Shown: positions 47,722 to 58,120 of the stretch, piece after piece
Layout: every line of letters starts with the position of its first letter
Position numbering within the stretch: position 1 is the stretch's first letter
IMG/VR virus record: IMGVR_UViG_3300020411_003736
Location: 32,001 to 96,000 of that record
Source of the DNA: a virus
Reading direction: 5' to 3' (one strand)
DNA: 64,000 bases
Notes under the pieces: model-generated
The model's database searches: none
Told to the model about the DNA's origin: nothing
What the model saw: only the letters and a program-made list of their open reading frames with translations
Position numbers and translations under genes: made by a program

Positions 47722-49085
47722 ATCTTCTTCAACTTTGGTAAATTAAGTTTTTTAGGTGTAGATGATTCATTAGAATCTCCCACCTTTTTCAATTTAGGTA
47801 ATTTCAAAGAAACCTGCTTTGGTACATTTGCAATTATATCATCAATAATTTTACTAAAATCATTAGCCATCTTTTCTAAAGAAAAATCTTTTCTATTCTT
47901 TTTACCAAGCCTCTTAGCTTTTTTTAAAATACTACTATGATTTTTATGTAAAAGTCTTAATTTTCTTTTTACATCATCTTCATTAACATCATACCACTTA
48001 GATTGTTCAACTACTATTGGATGCCAAACATTCGATTTTGGAACTTCTTTTAATTTACCCTGTATTATCAATGCCTCAGATGGATTTAAGAAATCCATGT
48101 GACCACTCCAATTTGGAGCAATTACAGGTAAGTCACAACAACTAGCCTCTAACATCGGCCTTCCAAATCCTTCACCATGTGTACAAGTTAAGAAAGCCTT
48201 TACCTTAGAATGATTATATAACATAGCCATTTGTTTAATTGTCAAATCCCCATGTATCAAATATACATTAGGAATTTGAAAATCTCCAAATTGTTCCATA
48301 ATACCTTTTATTTTTTTTGTTGTCTCATGTTTATCCATAATTGAAAAACCAGAACCATTCGTTTTTAACAACAATGCGGGCATCTTATCTTTTGGAACAT
48401 TTGTAAATGCTTCCAAAAATGTTTTTATCATCAAAGAGATATTCTTTCTATCCTCTCCATAACCACCCTTTCCCCACAAACCAACATGTAAATAAACAAA
48501 ATTTTCTTTTTTTAATAATTCATCCAAATCATACACAAATTTTGATTTCACATCCTTCAAATCAAATGGTTTATAAACATCAATATCAACACCTTCCCCC
48601 AATACAGAAATTGGTTTAGTTAATTTATGCTCTCCCAATTTTACTTTTTGACCATTCCTATCATCTGTCTTATCATAAACAGTTCCCGTAAAAGTTTTAG
48701 CAGTAAACTTTGATGGTACTATATTTAAATTCATTTTATTACACCCCTCAATGAATTCAGGAGAAACTATATCAGTCTCAACACCAGCAGTTATACCTAA
48801 ATTATATTTACCAACTTGAGCAAATTCATTAGGTATTCTTATATCAATATAAATATCTGGTTGAGAATCTAAATTGGTTTCTACTGATAAAACATCCAAT
48901 AACTTTTTATGCCTTGGTACTTCTTTATCTAAATGATTTCTAGGTGTTTCCCCCCACTTTGTATCAATACACTTAATATCCAAATCCTCTCTATCCATAA
49001 TCGAATAAAACAGAGAGCGAGCATGATCACCATAACCACTTCTTGTATTAAATGGTGCTGTCATAACAACTTTTGTTTTCATATC
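47718..49085 (-). CDS. Glycosyltransferase family 4-like
   Basis: SGYGDHAR, RKN and GEGFGRPMLEA...PVIA..WSGH.DF. Start probably MKTKVV. Confidence 0.88.
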   Translation of the reverse strand, partial: DMKTKVVMTAPFNTRSGYGDHARSLFYSIMDREDLDIKCIDTKWGETPRNHLDKEVPRHKKLLDVLSVETNLDSQPDIYIDIRIPNEFAQVGKYNLGITAGVETDIVSPEFIEGCNKMNLNIVPSKFTAKTFTGTVYDKTDDRNGQKVKLGEHKLTKPISVLGEGVDIDVYKPFDLKDVKSKFVYDLDELLKKENFVYLHVGLWGKGGYGEDRKNISLMIKTFLEAFTNVPKDKMPALLLKTNGSGFSIMDKHETTKKIKGIMEQFGDFQIPNVYLIHGDLTIKQMAMLYNHSKVKAFLTCTHGEGFGRPMLEASCCDLPVIAPNWSGHMDFLNPSEALIIQGKLKEVPKSNVWHPIVVEQSKWYDVNEDDVKRKLRLLHKNHSSILKKAKRLGKKNRKDFSLEKMANDFSKIIDDIIANVPKQVSLKLPKLKKVGDSNESSTPKKLNLPKLKKI

Positions 49086-50443
49086 TTCTCCATATAATAT
49101 CTTTGCCTCGGTTCCCAATTATCAAAAGCGCCATCCATAGAATCTATAAAATTTTGTCCCATAGCTTTAGCTGTCATTTGATTTTCTTCACAAAATTTCT
49201 TACCTAAACCACCAAGTCTTTTTCTCTCATCTCTACCCATATCATAAAACTCACGAAGAGCAATGGCAGCATCTTCAGGCTCACACCTATCATCCCAAAT
49301 ATATGGTGTCGGTGGTGAACCTTGTAATGAACGACTTGTCGGCCATACAGGTTTTACCCATTCTCCGTGTTCTTTATAACGGCCTTTATGATTACTACCA
49401 AGTTCAACATAATCATCTGGTGTCAATAAGTTTCCATCATCATCTCTAAATCCACATTGGTCTTGTAATCCACCTGTAACATTAACAATAATTGGTGTTC
49501 CAACTGTAAGTGCTTCAGCACTACCCAATCCGAACCCTTCATTACTCGCTAAATTAATATAAACATCCGCTGAATTAAAAACTAAATTCATATCCCCATC
49601 TTCAAAAGAATTATTATGTATATGGTGTGTGAAACAAACATCATATTCTGGCATTAAATGCTTCATCAGTCTTGGTAAATCAGTTCCATTTTCATCGCTT
49701 GGTGTACAATGAAATATCAATACACATTCTTCCCTTTGTTCAGGAGTTAACTCATCCATAAAGTATTTATAAGCCATAGCCACATCACCAGGTTGCTTTC
49801 TTCTGATGTTTCTGTTACTATAAAGAATTCTAAATTTTTTATCTGTTAACCCAAATTTATCATTAAACTCCAACAGAGAATTATCATCATCATCCACTTT
49901 TTTATATCTTCTATCTGAAATACCGTGTGGCACATAAGTAATTTGCCAATCTTCATAATGTGGTAATAGTCTTTTATTAATACCATATGTTTGTTTTGAT
50001 ATACCCATTAATAAATCACTACTAAGATAGTAATTGGTATTGTATTGTGGATCTGGCAAATCATCCCAAATATTATAATAGAATATTGGAATATCCCTAC
50101 GAATTTCTGCCTCTATATTATAAAGCCAAGTCCAAAACCTTGGATCTGTATAATGTAATATAGCATCTGGTTTTTCTCTTTCCAATATAACTCTAACTAT
50201 ATCAGGATTACCATAACCACTCGTAGGATATATTGTTAACTTAGCATCCTTAACACCTGAAATTTCAGCTATAGCTTTATCCATATTAACAACATTTCCT
50301 TCTTCAGGATGTTTTATTGCACCAGCTAATTGTACCCAATCATATTGGTGAAGTGTCTCAACAACAATATCCTTAGATACAGTAGCTATTCCACTATGCA
50401 TTCTTAAATCATCAGACATCAATAATATCTTCTTCTTAGCCAT
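49079..50443 (-). CDS. Glycosyltransferase family 4-like
   Basis: NRNIRRK and NEGFGLGSAEALTVGTPII..TGG. Confidence 0.88.
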   Translation of the reverse strand: MAKKKILLMSDDLRMHSGIATVSKDIVVETLHQYDWVQLAGAIKHPEEGNVVNMDKAIAEISGVKDAKLTIYPTSGYGNPDIVRVILEREKPDAILHYTDPRFWTWLYNIEAEIRRDIPIFYYNIWDDLPDPQYNTNYYLSSDLLMGISKQTYGINKRLLPHYEDWQITYVPHGISDRRYKKVDDDDNSLLEFNDKFGLTDKKFRILYSNRNIRRKQPGDVAMAYKYFMDELTPEQREECVLIFHCTPSDENGTDLPRLMKHLMPEYDVCFTHHIHNNSFEDGDMNLVFNSADVYINLASNEGFGLGSAEALTVGTPIIVNVTGGLQDQCGFRDDDGNLLTPDDYVELGSNHKGRYKEHGEWVKPVWPTSRSLQGSPPTPYIWDDRCEPEDAAIALREFYDMGRDERKRLGGLGKKFCEENQMTAKAMGQNFIDSMDGAFDNWEPRQRYYMEKI

Positions 50444-50591
50444 ATAACCTCACTTCAAAATTAATCTTTTAATAATTTCTTTTTTACTTTTTTGTTGTCT
50501 TTGAGTAAATGTTCTTCAATCCTCAAAAGTATATCACGAATTTCTTTTAAAATTCTATCATTCCCCGCAGTTCCCATTCCACTGGGTTTCA

Positions 50592-50792
50592 TTAGAATTG
50601 ACTCCCACTTACATACAAAGCATCATATGTTTCAAAATTTTCCTTTATAGCATTTTCTCTTAAATACATATGCATTGATCTGTTTACAAGTTTTTGTAAA
50701 TTCATAGATGAATTGACAGTTTTTGTTTTGAAATCTCTATACAGACTTTCTATAACCTTTACGGATGTAAGTTTTACCTTAGTATCTTCCAT
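50592..50792 (-). CDS. Small ribbon-helix-helix-like protein
   Basis: LTSVKV...LQKLVNRSMHMYL; AGGAG RBS. Confidence 0.55.
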   Translation of the reverse strand: MEDTKVKLTSVKVIESLYRDFKTKTVNSSMNLQKLVNRSMHMYLRENAIKENFETYDALYVSGSQF

Positions 50793-50829
50793 TTATAACT
50801 CCTATTATACATATATAAATATATATATA

Positions 50830-51246
50830 TTAATTAATAATAAGAGTTTTTTTTCCAAATTTTTTAGCATAATTTATAGTTGACATAGTACCTGGTGAAT
50901 CAACTCCTCTTGGAATAAATGCCACTACATATTCCGAATGAATAGCAATCTGTTTATTACGAGCAAAAAAGTTTTTGACACTATAAGGTTTACCATAATT
51001 TCTTTCGTGTAGTGGACAATATAAATTATGAGCTTGATGTGCTGGTGGATATTCTTCATATTGTAAACCCAGTTCAAGAGCATATTTCTTAGCGTAATAG
51101 TCAGCTCCTTGTTTACACCCACCACTAACTATTATAGTATCAGTACCTTTTTCATTCTTTAACTTAAAAATAAATTCTTTAATCTTCTTTCGGTTTTCGT
51201 ACTTACGACTACCGACAATCCCCACTTTTAAAGTATCTTGCCCCAT
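50830..51246 (-). CDS. SLOG/DprA-like (YspA/DUF2493) protein
   Basis: IVGSR...IVSGG..GAD...ARN..I...SPGT..TI.YA. Confidence 0.8.
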   Translation of the reverse strand: MGQDTLKVGIVGSRKYENRKKIKEFIFKLKNEKGTDTIIVSGGCKQGADYYAKKYALELGLQYEEYPPAHQAHNLYCPLHERNYGKPYSVKNFFARNKQIAIHSEYVVAFIPRGVDSPGTMSTINYAKKFGKKTLIIN

Positions 51247-52097
51247 TCACAATGCTCCGTATCATAAAATTCACAAAACTTACAAGCGTTGCCAGGTTTT
51301 GCTGGATAATTTCTTTTAGTATTATAATCCCCATTAGACTCAAATACCAATTCACGAAACTCATTAAATGCCTTATTAACTTTATTAAGAGTAACACTAC
51401 CATGAGCTGGTTCAAATCTTTGCATCCTACTTACTGGCCAATCAGGATCTTTTGGTATTTTTCTTTTAAGTATGAGAAATTCTACAGATATATCATCCAA
51501 TGGTACATCAAACTTATCTGCATAGAATTGTTTATAAAGAATTAATTGTGATGTTTTATAAAAATCTTTTTTCTGATAATGTGTCCAACCACGGGTAGCA
51601 GTTTTCAAATCAATTATTTTTATCCCACCATTAATCTTATTCTTTATCACCACATCAAGAAAACTTCTAAACTCCACACCATCTTGTAACTTTGTAAATA
51701 TAGGAAGTTCAATGCCAACCAACTCATAATTCTTTTTCATAAAATACTTAGCACGATGTTTTTTAAAATCTTTAAGTATCTCTACCCCATCTTCATAGAA
51801 CTCCACCAACTCACTTTGAGTGCAGACATCAACATTATGTTCTTCTCTAATTTTAGTGAATTCCTTTATCATTTCATTTTTCAACATCAACTCCAAAGGT
51901 AGCCTTTCAGCATCCTTTATAGTATTGTCATAAAACTCACTAAGATAACTCTGAACCACAGTGTGGACAGCAGAACCAAATATGGTGTAAATATTACCAC
52001 TACCTATACTAAGTTGATCTATATATCTAAGCTTCCATTTTAGATTACATTGATTATATGCACTAAATTGAGAATGTGATAAAGATTTTAAACTCAT
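51228..52097 (-). CDS. PD-(D/E)xK nuclease, Cas4/RecB-like
   Basis: LSHSQ...C, FGSAVH, E...D...IIDLKT, QL.LY and CKFCEF...C. Confidence 0.85.
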   Translation of the reverse strand: MSLKSLSHSQFSAYNQCNLKWKLRYIDQLSIGSGNIYTIFGSAVHTVVQSYLSEFYDNTIKDAERLPLELMLKNEMIKEFTKIREEHNVDVCTQSELVEFYEDGVEILKDFKKHRAKYFMKKNYELVGIELPIFTKLQDGVEFRSFLDVVIKNKINGGIKIIDLKTATRGWTHYQKKDFYKTSQLILYKQFYADKFDVPLDDISVEFLILKRKIPKDPDWPVSRMQRFEPAHGSVTLNKVNKAFNEFRELVFESNGDYNTKRNYPAKPGNACKFCEFYDTEHCEWGKIL

Positions 52098-52693
52098 ATT
52101 ATCTCATCTATTAATCCATACTCCAAACATGTTATAGCATCCCACATCAAATCATGTTTTAATATTTCATCTAATTTCTTCATAGGAAGTTTGGTGTACT
52201 TTTTATAAACATCTTTAATGGTTTTCATCATTAAATCTAAGTTCTTTTTCTCATCATCAAAATTAGCGTATGTCCCCCAAAATTGAGTTGAAACCTGATG
52301 AATCAACATATATGAATTTCTGCTCATATATCTTTTTTTACCAACAACCGACATGAATGTAGCAGCACTAGCAGAAAACCCATCAACATAAGTTTCTACT
52401 GGGACCTTACATCTCAATATTGTATCCATCGAAGAAATGCCAGCAACTACAGAACCACCGCCGGAATTTATATATAATTTAATAGGTGGTGGTTGTATAT
52501 CAAGATTTAAAGATAGTGTTAAAGCTTTTGTCTCCAATTCACTTATCTTTTTATTTAACTCACTACAGGCATTTCGATTTACACCAGAATAGAAATAAAT
52601 CTTATTATCCTGTACTGATATATGTTTTTCTGTAGCCTCAGCACCACTTTTTCTAGGTTGTGTGGTTTTCTTTTCACCCCAATGTCTTTCCAC
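52094..52693 (-). CDS. clpP: ClpP-family protease subunit
   Basis: LYINSGGGSV, ASAAT, LIHQ and GLIDEI. Confidence 0.88.
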   Translation of the reverse strand: MERHWGEKKTTQPRKSGAEATEKHISVQDNKIYFYSGVNRNACSELNKKISELETKALTLSLNLDIQPPPIKLYINSGGGSVVAGISSMDTILRCKVPVETYVDGFSASAATFMSVVGKKRYMSRNSYMLIHQVSTQFWGTYANFDDEKKNLDLMMKTIKDVYKKYTKLPMKKLDEILKHDLMWDAITCLEYGLIDEII

Positions 52694-53232
52694 TACTTTT
52701 CTCCTTCTACATATTTTTCTGCTGATTGTATCATACCATTGACTGCATCATCAACCTCTTCTAAAAATCTATCTGTCTCTGCATCATAATCGAGACCTTC
52801 TTCTTCACATTCGTCTTCCCAAAGTCTTTCTGGCGAATCATCCTCATACCATTTAAAGCCTTTTTTACTACCATATCCACCAACTAGGAAATCATCACTC
52901 TCTTCATCCGCTGTGAACTTTACCTTAACATCTTCATCCAATTCCGCCATCTTTTCTACAAACCTCTCCATAAACCCTTCTGGAAAACTCCAAGCCGAAC
53001 AGAAAGTAATATGAGTTTCATTATTATAGTCATCCATATCCTCAACTAATATCCATTTAGGACCTATCTTATCCATTGGATACTTTTCATATTTGCCAAA
53101 GATAGGTTCTACTGTACCACGAATATGTGGTTCATTCCAACCTGATAAGTCACCGTACCAGTCCCATAGTTTTTCATGAACTTCTTTTTTCTCCGAAATA
53201 ACTTCTGTTCTAGTCCATACATGATTAGCCAT
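52693..53232 (-). CDS. Hypothetical acidic protein (DUF1281/ferredoxin-like fold possible)
   Basis: MANH start; F.SAWS.P motif. Confidence 0.55.
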   Translation of the reverse strand: MANHVWTRTEVISEKKEVHEKLWDWYGDLSGWNEPHIRGTVEPIFGKYEKYPMDKIGPKWILVEDMDDYNNETHITFCSAWSFPEGFMERFVEKMAELDEDVKVKFTADEESDDFLVGGYGSKKGFKWYEDDSPERLWEDECEEEGLDYDAETDRFLEEVDDAVNGMIQSAEKYVEGEK

Positions 53233-53648
53233 TATTTACCCCACTTATTGTTCTTAACTATTGTAGCCATAATACCATAGTTTGATACATCTAAATAAGC
53301 ATCCTCTAATGGTTCATCTACAGCCGAATTTCTTTTACTCATCAACATATTTTTAAGTCTTTGTATTTTATCATTCATCCTAAACCAAAGACCTGTAAGT
53401 GATAAATGTACTTCTTCTGGTGTAATCAATTGAGTACCGACTGATATATTACCTGGACCATAATCATGTTGTTTTCTACAAAACAATTCATATTGTTCTC
53501 TTTGCAACCTTTTGAATTCTGTAGTCATTTCGGGCCATTCCTTTTCCATTTGTTCTACAACTGGATGGACCCCATTGACACTTTTTCTCTCTACATCATC
53601 AGCAGGATCTTTGACTGTAGGTTCTAATTCTCTTTCTCTAATATTCAT
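53232..53648 (-). CDS. DUF1599 (nucleotide-modification-associated) protein
   Basis: KQHDYG...RMNDKIQRL...EDAYLDVSNY.IM. Confidence 0.8.
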   Translation of the reverse strand: MNIRERELEPTVKDPADDVERKSVNGVHPVVEQMEKEWPEMTTEFKRLQREQYELFCRKQHDYGPGNISVGTQLITPEEVHLSLTGLWFRMNDKIQRLKNMLMSKRNSAVDEPLEDAYLDVSNYGIMATIVKNNKWGK

Positions 53649-53693
53649 TATAACTCTCCAAATTACATTTTAATATACAACATTTTTCATATA

Positions 53694-54317
53694 TCATACA
53701 AGCTTTTTTATTTTTCTTTTTATTTTTTTATTTAAATAATAAACATATATATTTTTTGGTGCTCTATCTTTAAAAAATATATTTTCGTCACCACTATCAT
53801 AGCGCCGTTTTATCTCCCTACTATATGGTCTGTACTTTTGATTCATAGACCTACTATGCATTTCTTTCCCATCTACCATCAAAACAGTACCTTTAGCAGT
53901 TTCACCCAAATACTCAAAGTTAGTGGCTTTATATATCACACCATCATGACCATAATGCGTATCAGCAAAAGAAACCACAACTTCCATATCTGTATATTGT
54001 TTTAACCATTTAAATGTTTGTCCTATGAAATAACTTTCTGTATTCTTAGGCGTATCATCTATACAAACTAATCTTCTAAGTTCCAAACACTTAGTTGGAT
54101 TGATTGGATTGTATTTAGCTGCAGTAGATGGCATTGATGGGTAAGCATACATCATAGCTCCAATCATTGTTGGCAATCCAAAATTACCTTCTCTGAATAA
54201 ACCAAAGTGGTATAGAGATTGAACTCCATTTACATTATGTGAATAGTGATGTTTCTCTATAAACTTAGCTATCGATTTCCTCGGTACTTCTTCAACTGTA
54301 TATTCTGTTACAGACAT
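53694..54317 (-). CDS. Mom-like (GNAT-fold) DNA modification protein
   Basis: FIEKHHYSH...LELRRLV...KNTESYFI...VSFAD...GH.GVIYKATNF.YLG. Confidence 0.8.
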   Translation of the reverse strand: MSVTEYTVEEVPRKSIAKFIEKHHYSHNVNGVQSLYHFGLFREGNFGLPTMIGAMMYAYPSMPSTAAKYNPINPTKCLELRRLVCIDDTPKNTESYFIGQTFKWLKQYTDMEVVVSFADTHYGHDGVIYKATNFEYLGETAKGTVLMVDGKEMHSRSMNQKYRPYSREIKRRYDSGDENIFFKDRAPKNIYVYYLNKKIKRKIKKLV

Positions 54318-54665
54318 TTATTTTATGAAAAGATGTGATAATTGAATTGCTATAATTACTACAGATAAAAATAAACTAATCAATGTTCTGTTATCAGGTG
54401 TCTCTCCTAATATCATCCAAGTAAGTATACCAAAAACAAGAGTAGCCATACCAAATCCTATTGGTCTGACATACCAATAGTTTCCAAAGTATTCATAATA
54501 CCACTTAGTCCCATAGTAAAAACAAAAACTTATTGGTACACCACCAAGAGCAATCCAATAAATACTCTTTGCCCATTCATATTTGAATTGCCCCTGCATA
54601 TGAAACCAAGCTATGATGTGTCCAATAAAGGATACACCTAATGCTAATAACAATTTATTCAACAA
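54318..54665 (-). CDS. Small multi-TM membrane protein (DMT/SMR-like)
   Basis: Four hydrophobic segments; LGETP motif. Confidence 0.6.
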   Translation of the reverse strand: MLNKLLLALGVSFIGHIIAWFHMQGQFKYEWAKSIYWIALGGVPISFCFYYGTKWYYEYFGNYWYVRPIGFGMATLVFGILTWMILGETPDNRTLISLFLSVVIIAIQLSHLFIK

Positions 54666-55545
54666 CTAACTCCTCTTTTATATATTTTATTATATCACCT
54701 TCTGGATTCCAATCTAATATATCTTTAGCTTTTGTATCTGTACACAAAGTCTCTCTCATTTCTCCTGGAGTAGCATCAATATACTTAGCTGTCCACAATG
54801 CATCAAAAGCAACTGCTATATCATTGATTGAATAATTTTTACCTGTTCCCAATTCAAATATTTCACCTGAATATCTCATATCAACAGCACCATGCATTGC
54901 TTCCATACACTTAACCATACCATCCACTATATCTCTCACATCCACAAAATCTCTTCTTTGTTCTCCATCACCCGTAATTGTCAATGGCTCTCCATCATTA
55001 TATTGCCTTTCAAATATACCCAACACATTACAATACGCACCCTCAGTTGCTTGGTATGGACCATAAGCATTATAAAATCTACAGATACAACTCGGTATAT
55101 TAAATAACTCACTATACATTTTAACTATCTCTTCAGCCTGCCATTTTGTAAATGTATATGGATTGATATACTTATCCCCATGTACAGAAGAAGTTCCAGC
55201 ATACACCACAGGTATTTTGTTTCGTCTCGCATCTTCCATTATATTAACAGTGGAATATAGATTAGATTTAAATGTTTGTTCGGGATCGTCAAATGATGGT
55301 TGAATACGGGATAGTGCGGCTAAATGAAATATAACATCTGGCTTATCTTGAAAAAACGAATAATACTTTACTTCTGATAGATCAACATCAAAGTATTGAC
55401 AACCTTCCACTTCATTTTCCTTCTTACCAGTAGAATAGTTATCTAAACTAACAACTCTATGTCCATCTTTTAATAATCTCTTTATTAGATTAGTACCAAT
55501 AAACCCTGCACCACCTGTAACTAAACACTTCATTTTTATCTCCAA
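54655..55545 (-). CDS. NAD-dependent epimerase/dehydratase
   Basis: VTGGAGFIG, YTFTK, RFYNAYGP and GDGEQRRDF. Confidence 0.92.
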   Translation of the reverse strand: MEIKMKCLVTGGAGFIGTNLIKRLLKDGHRVVSLDNYSTGKKENEVEGCQYFDVDLSEVKYYSFFQDKPDVIFHLAALSRIQPSFDDPEQTFKSNLYSTVNIMEDARRNKIPVVYAGTSSVHGDKYINPYTFTKWQAEEIVKMYSELFNIPSCICRFYNAYGPYQATEGAYCNVLGIFERQYNDGEPLTITGDGEQRRDFVDVRDIVDGMVKCMEAMHGAVDMRYSGEIFELGTGKNYSINDIAVAFDALWTAKYIDATPGEMRETLCTDTKAKDILDWNPEGDIIKYIKEELVVE

Positions 55546-55796
55546 GGTAACATAGTCATGCCAATCATATTAAGTAGATACTCTATTACAACTACACCTA
55601 TTAAACCACCACCCAATTGCCATGCCCACCATTTCCAACCTTCTAAACTATCAACCCATTGACGAGTTTTAGAGTTTCTTGCCTTATCATATAGACCACT
55701 ACTCTCACCTACTCGTTCAGCCCAATAGTTTGGGTCTGTCCATTCTTTTAATTTTATTAACGGCCAACATATTGTCCGTAGTATTTTCATTATCAT
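55536..55796 (-). CDS. Small membrane protein
   Basis: C-terminal TM segment. Confidence 0.55.
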   Translation of the reverse strand: MIMKILRTICWPLIKLKEWTDPNYWAERVGESSGLYDKARNSKTRQWVDSLEGWKWWAWQLGGGLIGVVVIEYLLNMIGMTMLPWR

Positions 55797-56212
55797 TTTA
55801 ACCCCATGGATTTCATTTCTTTTTTAGACTTACCATATTCTCTTACTATGGATTTCAAATCATCTTTACTCAATAAATCATAATAATCTAAAGCCTGATT
55901 GGTGCTTATCTCAAAATAATCTACCAAATAGCCAATCAAATCTTTATTCACTTTTCTTTTGTTGCCACTAATATATTTTAAATATTCTTTCCCCTTCGGT
56001 AAAAGGTTACAATAGAATCGGTACACAGCACTATGTGGCATTGTTCCAATTGTGAATTTCTGAAAGTGATTGACTATTGGTAAATAATCCTCTTTCATAC
56101 TCAAATATCTATTAATCATAAAAGGACTAAAAGACTTTTTATCATCATCAGTAAAAGAATCCCAATCCCTCTTACCAACAAAAAGTTCATTAATCCATTT
56201 AAATAAGTTCAT
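55793..56212 (-). CDS. Clamp loader small subunit (gp62-like)
   Basis: FSPFMINRYLS...Y.FY...LPK; synteny with gp44/gp45. Confidence 0.75.
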   Translation of the reverse strand: MNLFKWINELFVGKRDWDSFTDDDKKSFSPFMINRYLSMKEDYLPIVNHFQKFTIGTMPHSAVYRFYCNLLPKGKEYLKYISGNKRKVNKDLIGYLVDYFEISTNQALDYYDLLSKDDLKSIVREYGKSKKEMKSMGLK

Positions 56213-56438
56213 CTAAATCACCCAATGGTAGAATTTCACCACAATTCCCACAATTAAATACTTGTACGGGTGCGATAACTTCCTGACCAGTTGGTGACAT
56301 AATTGCCGATATCTTTTTTACCACATAACCTTGTATAAAAATTTTATTATTACATTCATTACAAGTCATAGTTTCAGCATCACTCAAATCAACTTGAACT
56401 TTTTGTTTAGGAAGTGGTTTCATTGGTTTTGTACTCAT
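56199..56438 (-). CDS. Zinc-ribbon protein
   Basis: CNEC...SPTG...CGNCG. Confidence 0.7.
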   Translation of the reverse strand: MSTKPMKPLPKQKVQVDLSDAETMTCNECNNKIFIQGYVVKKISAIMSPTGQEVIAPVQVFNCGNCGEILPLGDLDELI

Positions 56439-57346
56439 TATATTTTCCTTATCATATTTGACACAGTAGCAATAAAATTAATCTCTTTATCTGGTACTAA
56501 AACATCTTGATATAATCCATTTGAAATCTCTGCTATAGCTTCAGCAACCCTATCACCAGCAAAGTTATCCACTTCATCATACATCAATCTAAATAGTTCT
56601 GTAAAATCTGTAAAATTATTATTAGCTACCATCTTTCTTATTGTTCTTATATCATCACGATTCTTCAAAGACTCAATGAATAACAACTTGAACTCATTGT
56701 TTAAAAGTCCTTCCTTATCAACTCTAAGCTCTCCATCAATACATTGTCTTTGCAAATCATTAATAACCTTTCGTAAATCTGGATAACCAGCAGTAACTAT
56801 CAATGCTAAATCATCCAAATTAAAATTGACACCCTCTTCTTCTAAAATATTTTTAGAATGTAATGCAACTTCTTTCTTACTCGGTGGTATTATCTTATAT
56901 GTTTGACATCTACTTTGTAAAGGATCGATAATCTTTTCAACATAATTACAAGTCAATATAAACCGACAATGTGAAGAAAATGTTTCCATCAGATTCCTCA
57001 ACGCTGGTTGAGCAGAATTTGGATTTAGATAATCAGCCTCATCCAATATCACTATCTTCATTGGTTTAAAACCAACCGAAGAAGCGAATGTCTTTAACTT
57101 ATCTCTAACCAAATCTATGTTTCGTTCATCCGAAGCATTAATATAGAGATAGTCACACTCTACATTATTGGTTATTATCTTCGCAAGAGTTGTCTTCCCA
57201 CCACCAGCCTTTCCATAAAGGAGCAGATGTGGTACATTCTGCTCCTCTATAAATCTAGCAACTTTAGTTTTTAAACTCTCATTACCTACATAAGTTGATA
57301 GGTCTTTTGGGCGATATTTTTCAACCCATAATCCATGTGAACTCAT
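56438..57346 (-). CDS. Clamp loader ATPase subunit (gp44/RFC-like)
   Basis: LWVEKYRP, GKAGGGKT, NASD, LDEAD and LQSRC. Confidence 0.93.
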   Translation of the reverse strand: MSSHGLWVEKYRPKDLSTYVGNESLKTKVARFIEEQNVPHLLLYGKAGGGKTTLAKIITNNVECDYLYINASDERNIDLVRDKLKTFASSVGFKPMKIVILDEADYLNPNSAQPALRNLMETFSSHCRFILTCNYVEKIIDPLQSRCQTYKIIPPSKKEVALHSKNILEEEGVNFNLDDLALIVTAGYPDLRKVINDLQRQCIDGELRVDKEGLLNNEFKLLFIESLKNRDDIRTIRKMVANNNFTDFTELFRLMYDEVDNFAGDRVAEAIAEISNGLYQDVLVPDKEINFIATVSNMIRKI

Positions 57347-57347
57347 A

Positions 57348-58064
57348 CTATGTAGTTTGTTGTGATACTAAATAATACTTAGCAACAAAGTCATCAATTT
57401 TGAACTCAACAAAAGCAAGCCCTTTAGCAGATACATTCAATGTAGCTTTAGAACACTCTTTGTTAGCACTCAACACTTCCTTAAATAAATCAGCATTGAA
57501 TATAACAGGATTCTCAAGATCAACAGCACCACTTTGTACAGCAATACTAATCCTATTAGAATTCATATCAGAATATCCAATTGTTACTTCAACTCCACCC
57601 TTAACAGGTGTAATTGCAAAAGTCTCCACATCTGATAAAGCAGCTTTACCCTTAATAAAAGAATTGATGAATTGTGAATCCAATTTCAACAAAGTACCAA
57701 ATTCAGGCATCTTTTTCATTTCTGGTACATCAGGTATAACACCAGTTGCAGCCAACACATAATCTACAGAAAGTGATGAATCAGAAAAGTTAAAATTTAC
57801 TGGTTCTCCATCTACTTCATTTATTTTAAAATTCACGCTATCAGAAAGTGTTGATAACATCTTTTGTAATAAAGAAGTGTCATATACGCCGACTTCAAAT
57901 TCAGGTAATTTTTGTTTACCTAAAGTAAGTTCACCAAGCAAACTCTTATCACCTGATATAAATCTGGTTGAAAGTTTAGTTCCATCCGAATTCCATTTGA
58001 CGGAATTTACATTCCCACCAAGATGGTATTTTTGGATGAAAGAATTCAATGATAGTTTATTCAT
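57348..58064 (-). CDS. Sliding clamp (gp45-like)
   Basis: Size, beta-rich pattern, GLAFVEF...YYLV C-terminus and synteny with the polymerase and clamp loader. Confidence 0.75.
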   Translation of the reverse strand: MNKLSLNSFIQKYHLGGNVNSVKWNSDGTKLSTRFISGDKSLLGELTLGKQKLPEFEVGVYDTSLLQKMLSTLSDSVNFKINEVDGEPVNFNFSDSSLSVDYVLAATGVIPDVPEMKKMPEFGTLLKLDSQFINSFIKGKAALSDVETFAITPVKGGVEVTIGYSDMNSNRISIAVQSGAVDLENPVIFNADLFKEVLSANKECSKATLNVSAKGLAFVEFKIDDFVAKYYLVSQQTT

Positions 58065-58120
58065 ATAATCTCCTATGATTTATATTTTGTTAATTTACAC
58101 ATTTTTTTTCAATTTGTCAA

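Noticed and set aside
33372-50443. Host chromosomal capsule locus (prophage flank or chimera)
   Set aside because: No wzx/wzy/kps export genes, phage-type genes are interspersed, and strand and composition are continuous with the phage replication module.
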